From positions 124,001 through 188,000 of the forward strand of contig JBHGNT010000023.1 of NCBI GenBank assembly GCA_043228905.1: a stretch of DNA of 64,000 nucleotides, in the 5' to 3' direction. How positions within the stretch are numbered: position 1 is the first letter of the stretch; the number at the start of each line of letters is the position of its first letter. The DNA is from Azolla caroliniana (Eukaryota > Plantae > Polypodiophyta). The notes under the pieces were generated by a model. It was not told the DNA's origin, searched no databases, and saw only the letters and a program-made list of their open reading frames with translations. Positions 12,930 through 25,600 of this stretch are shown piece by piece. A program made the translations under genes and the position numbers.

Positions 12930-15900
12930 TTAAAATATTCATACCTGGCTCGTGTGATATTGGATTTTTCTGTTCAAACATGCGAATCGAAACTAACTAC
13001 GCTATCTATGATACAGAATTAAAAAATCAAGATTTTGAAACTCAGGTCGAGAGACATGAAACAAATTAGCAAATTTGAGGAGGGAGTGGACAAGAGATAG
13101 TAGCTAAATTAAAATGTTCATACCTGGCTCGTGTGATATCGGATTTTTGTGTTCCAACATGCGAATCGAAGCTAGCTACGCTACCTATGATACAGAACTA
13201 AAAAATCAAGATTTTGAAACTCAGGTCGAGAGACATGAACAAATTAGCAAATTTTAGGAGGGAGTGGACAAGAGATAGTAGGTAAATTAAAATGTTCATA
13301 CCTGGCTCGTGTGATATCGGATTTTTGTGTTCAAACATGTGAATCGAAGCTAACTACGCTAACTATGATATAGAATTAAAAAATCAAGATGTTGAAACTC
13401 AGGTCGAGAGACATGAAGAAATTAGCAAATTTGAGGAGGGACTGGACAAGACCTAGTAGGTAAATTAAAATGTTCATACCTGGCTCGTTTGATATCGGAT
13501 TTTTGTGTTCAAACATGCGAATCGAAGCTAACTACGCTAGCTATGATATAGAATTAAAAAATCAAGATTTTGAAACTCAGGTCGAGAGACATGAACAAAT
13601 TAGCAAATTTGAGGAGGGAGTGGACAAGAGCTAGTAGGTAAATTATAATGTTCATACCTGGCTCGTTTGATATCGGATTTTTGTGTTCAAACATGCGAAT
13701 CGAAACTAACTACGCTAGCTATGATACAGAATTAAAAAATGAAGACTTTGAAACTCAGGTCGACAGACATGATAGAATTAGCAAATTTGAGGAGGGAGTG
13801 GAGAAGAGCGCATAGGTAAATTAAAATGTTCATAGCTGGCTCGTTTGATATCGGATTTTTGTGTTCAAACATGCGAATCGAAGCTAACTACGCTAGCTAT
13901 GATACAGAATTAAAAAATCAAGATTTTGAAACTCAGGTCGAGAGACATGAACAAATTAGCAAATTTGAGGAGGGAGTGGACAAGAGCTAGTAGGTAAATT
14001 AAAATATTCATACCTGGCTCGCGTGATATCGGATTTTTGTGTTCAAACATGCGAATCGAAGCTAACTACGCTAGCTATGATATAGAATTAAAAAATCAAG
14101 ATTTTGAAACTTAGGTCGAGAGACATGAACAAATTAGCAAATTTGAGGAGGGAGTGGACAAGAGCTAGTAGGTAAATTAAAATGTTCATACGTGGCTCGT
14201 GTGATATCGGATTTTTGTGTTCAAACATGCGAATCGAAGCTAACTACGCTAGCTATGATACAGAATTAAAAAATCAAGATTTTGAAACTCAGGTCGAGAG
14301 ACATGAACCAATTAGCAAATTTGAGGAGGGAGTGGACAAGAGCTAGTAGGTATATTAAAATATTCATACCTGGCTCGTGTGATATTGGATTTTTCTGTTC
14401 AAACATGCGAATCGAAACTAACTACGCTAGCTATGATACAGAATTAAAAAATCAAGATTTTGAAACTCAGGTCGAGAGACATGAAACAAATTAGCAAATT
14501 TGAGGAGGGAGTGGACAAGAGATAGTAGGTAAATTAAAATGTTCATACCTGGCTCGTGTGATATCGGATTTTTGTGTTCCAACATGCGAATCGAAGCTAG
14601 CTACGCTACCTATGATACAGAACTAAAAAATCAAGATTTTGAAACTCAGGTCCAGAGACATGAACAAATTAGCAAATTTTAGGAGGGAGTGGACAAGAGA
14701 TAGTAGGTAAATTAAAATGTTCATACCTGGCTCGTGTGATATCAGATTTTTGTGTTCAAACATGTGAATCGAAGCTAACTACGCTAACTATGATATAGAA
14801 TTAAAAAATCAAGATGTTGAAACTCAGGTCGAGACACATGAGGAAATTAGCAAATTTGAGGAGGGAGTGAACAAGACCTAGTAGGTAAATTAAAATGTTC
14901 ATACCTGGCTTGTTTGATATCGGATTTTTGTGTTCAAACATGCGAATCGAAGCTAACTACGCTAGCTATGATATAGAATTAAAAAATCAAGATTTTGAAA
15001 CTCAGGTCGAGAGACATGAACAAATTAGCAAATTTGAGGAGGGAGTGGACAAGAGATAGTAGCTAAATTAAAATGTTCATACCTGGCTCGTGTGATATCG
15101 GATTTTTGTGTTCAAACATGCGAATCGAAGCTAACTACGCTAGCTATGATACAGAATTAAAAAATCAAGATTTTGAAACTCAGGTCGAGAGACATGAAGA
15201 AATTAGCAAATTTGAGGAGGGAGTGGACAAGAGCTAGTAGGTAAATTAAAATGTTCATACCTGGCTCGTTTGATATCGGATTTTTGTGTTCAAACATGCG
15301 AATCGAAGCTAACTACGCTAGCTATGATACAGAATTAAAAAATCAAGATTTTGAAACTCAGGTCGACAGACATGATAGAATTAGCAAATTTGAGGAGGGA
15401 GTGGACAAGAGATAGTAGCTAAATTAAAATGTTCATACCTGGCTCGTGTGATATCGGATTTTTGTGTTCAAACATGGGAATCGAAGCTAACTACGCTAGC
15501 TATGATACAGAATTAAAAAATCAAGATTTTGAAACTCAGGTCGAGAGACATGAAGAAATTAGCAAATTTGAGGAGGGAGTGGACAAGAGCTAGTAGGTAA
15601 ATTAAAATGTTCATAGTTGGCTCGTTTGATATCGGATTTTTGTGTTCAAACATGCGAATCGAAGCTAACTACGCTAGCTATGATACAGAATTAAAAAATC
15701 AAGATTTTGAAACTCAGGTTGATAGACATGAAGAAATTAGCAAATTTGAGGAGGGAGTGGACAAGAGCGCGTTAATATATTAAAATGTTCATACGTGGCT
15801 CGTGTGATATCGGATTTTTGTGTTCAAACATGCGAATCGAAGCTAACTACGCTAGCTATGATACAGAATTAAAAAATCAAGATTTTGAAACTCAGGTCGA

Positions 15901-18900
15901 GAGACATGAACCAATTAGCAAATTTGAGGAGGGAGTGGACAAGAGCTAGTAGGTATATTAAAATATTCATACCTGGCTCGTGTGATATTGGATTTTTCTG
16001 TTCAAACATGCGAATCGAAACTAACTACGCTAGCTATGATACAGAATTAAAAAATCAAGATTTTGAAACTCAGGTCGAGAGACATGAAACAAATTAGCAA
16101 ATTTGAGGAGGGAGTGGACAAGAGATAGTAGCTAAATTAAAATGTTCATACCTGGCTCGTGTGATATCGGATTTTTGTGTTCCAACATGCGAATCGAAGC
16201 TAGCTACGCTACCTATGATACAGAACTAAAAAATCAAGATTTTGAAACTCAGGTCCAGAGACATGAACAAATTAGCAAATTTTAGGAGGGAGTGGACAAG
16301 AGATAGTAGGTAAATTAAAATGTTCATACCTGGCTCGTGTGATATCAGATTTTTGTGTTCAAACATGTGAATCGAAGCTAACTACGCTAACTATGATATA
16401 GAATTAAAAAATCAAGATGTTGAAACTCAGGTCGAGACACATGAGGAAATTAGCAAATTTGAGGAGGGAGTGAACAAGACCTAGTAGGTAAATTAAAATG
16501 TTCATACCTGGCTTGTTTGATATCGGATTTTTGTGTTCAAACATGCGAATCGAAGCTAACTACGCTAGCTATGATATAGAATTAAAAAATCAAGATTTTG
16601 AAACTCAGGTCGAGAGACATGAACAAATTAGCAAATTTGAGGAGGGAGTGGACAAGAGATAGTAGCTAAATTAAAATGTTCATACCTGGCTCGTGTGATA
16701 TCGGATTTTTGTGTTCAAACATGCGAATCGAAGCTAACTACGCTAGCTATGATACAGAATTAAAAAATCAAGATTTTGAAACTCAGGTCGAGAGACATGA
16801 AGAAATTAGCAAATTTGAGGAGGGAGTGGACAAGAGCTAGTAGGTAAATTAAAATGTTCATACCTGGCTCGTTTGATATCGGATTTTTGTGTTCAAACAT
16901 GCGAATCGAAGCTAACTACGCTAGCTATGATACAGAATTAAAAAATCAAGATTTTGAAACTCAGGTCGACAGACATGATAGAATTAGCAAATTTGAGGAG
17001 GGAGTGGACAAGAGATAGTAGCTAAATTAAAATGTTCATACCTGGCTCGTGTGATATCGGATTTTTGTGTTCAAACATGGGAATCGAAGCTAACTACGCT
17101 AGCTATGATACAGAATTAAAAAATCAAGATTTTGAAACTCAGGTCGAGAGACATGAAGAAATTAGCAAATTTGAGGAGGGAGTGGACAAGAGCTAGTAGG
17201 TAAATTAAAATGTTCATAGTTGGCTCGTTTGATATCGGATTTTTGTGTTCAAACATGCGAATCGAAGCTAACTACGCTAGCTATGATACAGAATTAAAAA
17301 ATCAAGATTTTGAAACTCAGGTCGAGAGACATGAACAAATTAGCAAATTTGAGGAGGGAGTGGACAAGAGCTAGTAGGTAAATTAAAATATTCATACCTG
17401 GCTCGCGTGATATCGGATTTTTGTGTTCAAACATGCGAATCGAAGCTAACTACGCTAGCTATGATATAGAATTAAAAAATCAAGATTTTGAAACTTAGGT
17501 CGAGAGACATGAACAAATTAGCAAATTTGAGGAGGGAGTGGACAAGAGCTAGTAGGTAAATTAAAATGTTCATACGTGGCTCGTGTGATATCGGATTTTT
17601 GTGTTCAAACATGCGAATCGAAGCTAACTACGCTAGCTATGATACAGAATTAAAAAATCAAGATTTTGAAACTCAGGTCGAGAGACATGAACCAATTAGC
17701 AAATTTGAGGAGGGAGTGGACAAGAGCTAGTAGGTATATTAAAATATTCATACCTGGCTCGTGTGATATTGGATTTTTCTGTTCAAACATGCGAATCGAA
17801 ACTAACTACGCTAGCTATGATACAGAATTAAAAAATCAAGATTTTGAAACTCAGGTCGAGAGACATGAAACAAATTAGCAAATTTGAGGAGGGAGTGGAC
17901 AAGAGATAGTAGCTAAATTAAAATGTTCATACCTGGCTCGTGTGATATCGGATTTTTGTGTTCCAACATGCGAATCGAAGCTAGCTACGCTACCTATGAT
18001 ACAGAACTAAAAAATCAAGATTTTGAAACTCAGGTCCAGAGACATGAACAAATTAGCAAATTTTAGGAGGGAGTGGACAAGAGATAGTAGGTAAATTAAA
18101 ATGTTCATACCTGGCTCGTGTGATATCAGATTTTTGTGTTCAAACATGTGAATCGAAGCTAACTACGCTAACTATGATATAGAATTAAAAAATCAAGATG
18201 TTGAAACTCAGGTCGAGAGACATGAAGAAATTAGCAAATTTGAGGAGGGAGTGGACAAGACCTAGTAGGTAAATTAAAATGTTCATACCTGGCTTGTTTG
18301 ATATCGGATTTTTGTGTTCAAACATGCGAATCGAAGCTAACTACGCTAGCTATGATATAGAATTAAAAAATCAAGATTTTGAAACTCAGGTCGAGAGACA
18401 TGAACAAATTAGCAAATTTGAGGAGGGAGTGGACAAGAGATAGTAGCTAAATTAAAATGTTCATACCTGGCTCGTGTGATATCGGATTTTTGTGTTCAAA
18501 CATGCGAATCGAAGCTAACTACGCTAGCTATGATACAGAATTAAAAAATCAAGATTTTGAAACTCAGGTCGAGAGACATGAAGAAATTAGCAAATTTGAG
18601 GAGGGAGTGGACAAGAGCTAGTAGGTAAATTAAAATGTTCACACCTGGCTCGTTTGATATCGGATTTTTGTGTTCAAACATGCGAATCGAAGCTAACTAC
18701 GCTAGCTATGATACAGAATTAAAAAATCAAGATTTTGAAACTCAGGTCGACAGACATGATAGAATTAGCAAATTTGAGGAGGGAGTGGACAAGAGATAGT
18801 AGCTAAATTAAAATGTTCATACCTGGCTCGTGTGATATCGGATTTTTGTGTTCAAACATGGGAATCGAAGCTAACTACGCTAGCTATGATACAGAATTAA

Positions 18901-19000
18901 AAAATCAAGATTTTGAAACTCAGGTCGAGAGACATGAAGAAATTAGCAAATTTGAGGAGGGAGTGGACAAGAGCTAGTAGGTAAATTAAAATGTTCATAC
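12930..19000 (+). repeat. Variable-length higher-order repeat run (8-, 9- and 10-mer units)
   Basis: The 1-bp insertion marker 'catgaaacaaatt' lies at 13055, 14480, 16083 and 17864. The spacings are 1425 (8x178+1), 1603 (9x178+1) and 1781 (10x178+1). The identical ORFs at 14282, 15885 and 17666 give the same last two offsets. Confidence 0.88.
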
Positions 19001-22000
19001 CTGGCTCGTTTGATATCGGATTTTTGTGTTCAAACATGCGAATCGAAGCTAACTACGCTAGCTATGATACAGAATTAAAAAATCAAGATTTTGAAACTCA
19101 GGTCGACAGAAATGATAGAATTAGCAAATTTGAGGAGGGAGTGGACAAGAGCTAGTAGGTAAATTAAAATGTTCATACCTGGCTCGTTTGATATCGGATT
19201 TTTGTGTTCAAACATGCAAATCGAAGCTAACTACGCTAGCTATGATACAGAATTAAAAAATCAAGATTTTGAAACTCAGGTCGAGAGACATGAACAAATT
19301 AGCAAATTTGAGGAGGGAGTGGACAAGAGCTACTAGGTAAATTAAAATGTTCATACCTGGCTCGATTGATATCGGATTTTTGTGTTCAAACATGCGAATC
19401 GAAGCTAACTCCGCTAGCTATGATACAGAATTAAAAAATCAAGATTTTAAAACTCAGGTCGAGAGACATGAACAAATTAGCAAATTGTAGGAGGGAGTGC
19501 ACAAGAGCTAGTAGGTAAATTAAAATATTCATACCTGGCTCGCGTGATATCGGATTTTTGTGTTCAAACATGCGAATCGAAGCTAACTACGCTAGCTATG
19601 ATAGAGAATTAAAAAATCAAGATTTTGAAACTTTGGTCGAGAGACATGAACAAATTAGCAAATTTGAGGAGGGAGTGGACAAGAGCTAGTAGGTAAATTA
19701 AAATGTTCATACGTGGCTCGTGTGATATCGGATTTTTGTGTTCAAACATGCGAATCGAAGCTAACTACGCTAGCTATGATACAGAATTAAAAAATCAAGA
19801 TTTTGAAACTCAGGTTGATAGACATGAAGAAATTAGCAAATTTGAGGAGGGAGTGGACAAGAGCGCGTTAATATATTAAAATGTTCATACCTGGCTAGTG
19901 TGATATCGGATTTTTGTGTTGAAACTTGCGAATCGAAGCTAACAACGCTTGCTATGATACAGAATTAAAAAATCAAGATTTTGAAACTCAGGTCGAGAGA
20001 CATGAAGAAATTAGCAAATTTGAGGAGGGAGTGGAGAAGAGCGCGTAGGTAAATTAAAATGTTCATACCTGGCTCGTGCGATATCGGATTTTTGTGCTCA
20101 AACATGCGAATCGAAGCTAACTACGCTTACTATGATACAGAATTAAAAAATCAAGATTTTGAAACTCAGGTCGAGAGACATTAAGAAATTAGCAAATTTG
20201 AGGAGGGAGTGGACAAGAGCGCGTAGGTAAATTAATATGTTCATACCTGGCTCGTGTGATATCGGACTTTTGTGTTCAAACTTGCGAATCGAAGCTAACA
20301 ACGCTTGCTATGACACAGAATTAAAAAATCAAGATTTTGAAACTCAGGTCGAGAGACATGAAGAAATTAGCAAATTTGAGGAGGGAGTGGACAAGAGCGC
20401 GTAGGTAAATTAAAATGTTCATACCTGGCTCGTGTGATATCGGATTTTTGTGTTCAAACATGCGAATCGAAGCTAACTACGCTAGCTATGATACAGAATT
20501 AAAAAATCAAGATTTTGAAACTCAGGTCGAGAGACATGCAGAAATTAGCAAATTTGAGGAGGGAGTGGACAAGAGCTAGTAGGTAAATTAAAATGTTCAT
20601 ACCTGGCTCGTGTGATATCGGATTTTTGTGTACAAACATGCGAATCGAAGCTAACTACACTAGCTATGATACAGAATTAAAAAATCAAGATTTTGAAACT
20701 CAGCTCGAGAGACATGAAGAAATTAGCAAATTTGAGGAGGGAGTGGACAAGAGCTAGTAGGTAAATTAAAATGTTCATACCTGGCTCGTGTGATATCGGA
20801 TTTTTGTGTTCAAACTTGCGAATCGAAGCTAACTACGCTAGCTATGATATAGAATTAAAAAATCAAAGTTTTGAAACTCAGGTCGAGAGACATGAAGAAA
20901 TTAGCAAATTTGAGGAGGGAGTGGACGAGAGCGCGTAGGTAAATTAAAATGTTCATACCTGGCTCGTGTGATATCGGACTTTTGTGTTCAAACTTGCGAA
21001 TCGAAGCTAACAACGGTTGCTATGACACAGAATTAAAAAATCAAGATTTTGAAACTCAGGTCGAGAGACATGAAGAATTTAGAAAATTTGAGGAGGGAGT
21101 GGACAAGAGCTAGTAGGTAAATTAAAATGTTCATACCTGGCTCGTTTGATATCGGATTTTTGTGTTCAAACATGCAAATCGAAGCTAACTACACTAGCTA
21201 TGATACAGAATTAAAAAATCAAGATTTTGAAACTCAGGTCGAGAGACATGAAGAAATTAGCAAATGTGAGGAGGGACTGGACAAGAGCGCGTAGGTAAAT
21301 TAAAATGTTCATACCTGGCTCGTGTGATATCGGACTTTTGTGTTCAAACTTGCGAATCGAAGCTAACAACGCTTGCTATGACACAGAATTAAAAAATCAA
21401 GATTTTGAAACTCAGGTCGAGAGACATGAAGAAATTAGCAAATTTGAGGAGCGAGTGGACAAGAGATAGTAGCTAAATTAAAATGTTCATACCTGGCTCG
21501 TGTGATATCGGATTTTGTGTTCAAACATGCGAATCGAAGCTAACTACACTAGCTATGATACAGAATTAAAAAATCAAGATTTTGGAACTCAGGTCGAGAG
21601 ACATGAAGAAATTAGCAAATTTGAGGAGGGAGTGGACAAGAGCTAGTAGGTAAATTAAAATGTTCATACGTGGCTCGTGTGATATCGGATTTTGTGTTCA
21701 AACATGCGAATCGAAGCTAACTACACTAGCTATGATACAGAATTAAAAAATCAAGATTTTGGAACTCAGGTCGAGAGACATGAAGAAATTAGCAAATTTG
21801 AGGAGGGAGTGGACAAGAGCTAGTAGGTAAATTAAAATGTTCATACCTGCCTCATGTGATATCGGATTTTTGTGTTCAAACTTGCGAATCGAAGCTAACA
21901 ACGCTTGCTATGATATAGAATTAAAAAATCAAGACTTTAAAACTCAGGTCGAGAGACATGACCGAATTAGCAAATTTGAGGAGGGAGTGGACCAGAGCTA

Positions 22001-22649
22001 GTAGGTAAATTAAAATGTTCATACCTGGCTCGTGTGATATCGGATTTTTGTGTTCAAACTTGCGAATCGAAGCTAACAACGGTTGCTATGATACAGAATT
22101 AAAAAATCAATATTTTGGAACTCAGGTCGAGAGACATAAAGAAATTAGCAATTTTGAGGAGGGAGTGGACAAGAGCGCGTAGGTAAATTAAAATGTTCAT
22201 ACGTGGCTCGTGTGATATCGGATTTTTGTGTTGAAACTTGCGAATCGAAGCTAACAACGCTTGCTATGATACAGAATTAAAAAATCAAGATTTTGAAACT
22301 CAGGTCGAGAGACATGAAGAAATTAGCAAATTTGAGGAGGGAGTGGACATGACCTGGTAGGTAAATTAAAATGTTTATACCTGGCTCGTGTGATATCGGA
22401 TTTTTGTGTTCAAACATGCGAATCGAAGCTAACTACGCTAGGTATGATACAGAATTAAAAAATCAAGATTTTGAAACTCAGCTCCAGAGACATGACCGAA
22501 TTAGCAAATTTGAGGAGGGAGTGGACAAGAGCTAGTAGGTAAATTAAAATGTTCATACGTGGCTCGTGTGATATCGGATTTTTGTGTTGAAACTTGCGAA
22601 TCGAAGCTAACTACGCTAGCTATGATACAGAATTAAAAAATCAAGATTT

Positions 22650-25600
22650 TGAAACTCAGGTCGAGAGACATGAACAAATTAGCAAATTTGAGGAGGGAGT
22701 GGACAAGAGCTACTAGGTAAATTAAAATGTTCATACCTGGCTCGTTTGATATCGGATTTTTGTGTTCAAACATGCGAATCGAAGCTAACTCCGCTAGCTA
22801 TGATACAGAATTAAAAAATCAAGATTTTAAAACTCAGGTCGAGAGACATGAACAAATTAGCAAATTTGAGGAGGGAGTGGACAAGAGCTAGTAGGTAAAT
22901 TAAAATATTCATACCTGGCTCGCGTGATATCGGATTTTTGTGTTCAAACATGCGAATCGAAGCTAACTACGCTAGCTATGATATAGAATTAAAAAATCAA
23001 GATTTTGAAACTTTGGTCGAGAGACATGAACAAATTAGCAAATTTGAGGAGGGAGTGGACAAGAGCTAGTAGGTAAATTAAAATGTTCATACGAGGCTCG
23101 TGTGATATCGGATTTTTGTGTTCAAACATGCGAATCGAAGCTAACTACGCTAGCTATGATACAGAATTAAAAAATCAACATTTTGAAACTCAGGTCGAGA
23201 GACATGAAGAAATTAGCAAATGTGAGGAGGGACTGGACAAGAGCGCGTAGGTAAATTAAAATGTTCATACCTGGCTCGTGTGATATCGGACTTTTGTGTT
23301 CAAACTTGCGAATCGAAGCTAACAACGCTTGCTATGACACAGAATTAAAAAATCAAGATTTTGAAACTCAGGTCGAGAGACATGAAGAAATTAGCAAATT
23401 TGAGGAGCGAGTGGACAAGAGATAGTAGCTAAATTAAAATGTTCATACCTGGCTCGTGTGATATCGGATTTTTGTGTTCAAACATGAGAATCGAAGCTAA
23501 CAAAGCTTGCTATGATACAGAATTAAAAAATCAAGATTTTGAAACTCAGGTCGAGAGACATGAAGAAATTAGCAAATTTGAGGAGGGAGTGGACAAGAGC
23601 TAGTAGGTAAATTAAAATGTTCATACGTGGCTCGTGTGATATCGGATTTTGTGTTCAAACATGCGAATCGAAGCTAACTACACTAGCTATGATACAGAAT
23701 TAAAAAATCAAAATTTTGGAACTCAGGTCGAGAGACATGAAGAAATTAGCAAATTTGAGGAGGGAGTGGACAAGAGCTAGTAGGTAAATTAAAATGTTCA
23801 TACCTGCCTCATGTGATATCGGATTTTTGTGTTCAAACTTGCGAATCGAAGCTAACAACGCTTGCTATGATATAGAATTAAAAAATCAAGACTTTAAAAC
23901 TCAGGTCGAGAGACATGACCGAATTAGCAAATTTGAGGAGGGAGTGGACAAGAGCTAGTAGGTAAATTAAAATGTTCATACCTGGCTCGTGTGATATCGG
24001 ATTTTTGTGTTCAAACTTGCGAATCGAAGCTAACAACGGTTGCTATGATACAGAATGAAAAAATCAATATTTTGGAACTCAGGTCGAGAGACATAAAGAA
24101 ATTAGCAACTTTGAGGAGGGAGTGGACAAGAGCCCGTAGGTAAATTAAAATGTTCATACGTGGCTCGTGTGATATCGGATTTTTGTGTTGAAACTTGCGA
24201 ATCGAAGCTAACAACGCTTGCTATGATACAGAATTAAAAAATCAAGATTTTGAAACTCAGGTCGAGAGACATGAAGAAATTAGCAAATTTGAGGAGGGAG
24301 TGGACAAGAGATAGTAGGTAAATTAAAATGTTCATACCTGGCTCGTTTGATATCGGAGTTTTGTGTTCAAACATGCGAATCGAAGCTAACTACGCTAGCT
24401 ATGATACAGATTTAAAAAATCAAGATTTTGAAACTTAGGTCGAAAGACATGAAGAAATTAGCAAATTTGAGGAGGGAGTGGACAAGAGCTAGTAGGTAAA
24501 TTAAAATGTTCATACCTGGCTCGTGTGATATCGGATTTTTGTGTTCAAACATGCGAATCGAAGCTAACTACGCTAGCTATGATACAGAATTAAAAAATCA
24601 AGATTTTGAAACTCAGGTCGAGAGACATGAGGAAATTAGCAAATTTGAGGAGGGAGTGGACAAGAGATAGTAGGTAAATTAAAATGTTCATACCTGGCTC
24701 GTTTGATATCGGAGTTTTGTGTTCAAACATGCGAATCGAAGCTAACTACGCTAGCTATGATACAGATTTAAAAAATCAAGATTTTGAAACTTAGGTCGAA
24801 AGACATGAAGAAATTAGCAAATTTGAGGAGGGAGTGGACAAGAGCTAGTAGGTAAATTAAAATGTTCATACCTGGCTCGTGTGATATCGGATTTTTGTGT
24901 TCAAACATGTGAATCGAAGCTAACTACGCTAGCTATAATACAGAATTAAAAACTCAAGATTTTCAAACTCAGGTCGAGAGACATGAACAAATTAGCAAAT
25001 TTGAGGAGGGAGTGGACAAGAGCTAGTAGGTAAATTAAAATGTTCATACGTGGCTCGTGTGATATCGGATTTTTGTGTTCAAACATGCAAATCGAAGCTA
25101 ACTACGCTAGCTATGATACAGAATTAAAAAATCAAGATTTTGAAACTCAGGTCGAGAGACATGAAGAAATTAGCAAATTTGAGGAGGGAGTGGACAAGAG
25201 CTACTAGGTAAATTAAAATATTCATACCTGGCTCGTGTGATATCGGATTTTTCTGTTCAAGCATGCGAATCGAAACTAACTACGCTAGCTATGATACAGA
25301 ATTAAAAAATCAAGATTTTGAAACTCAGGTCAAGAGACATGAAGAAATTAGCAAATTTGAGGAGCGAGTGGACAAGAGATAGTAGCTAAATTAAAATGTT
25401 CATACCTGGCTCGTGTGATATCGGATTTTTGTGTTCAAACATGGAATCGAAGCTAACTACGCTACCTATGATACAGAATTAAAAAATCAAGATTTTGAAA
25501 CTCAGGTCAAGAGACATGAACAAATTAGCAAATTTGAGGAGGGAGTGGACAAGAGATAGTAGGTAAATTAAAATGTTCATACCTGGCTCGCGTGATATCG

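Noticed and set aside
9298-17878. Four near-identical 70-aa + strand ORFs (MKLRSRDMNQ...)
   Set aside because: They lie wholly within satellite monomers and begin at TTG. They exist only where a taa>tat variant removes the usual stop, and they show no recognisable protein features. Useful only as duplication markers.
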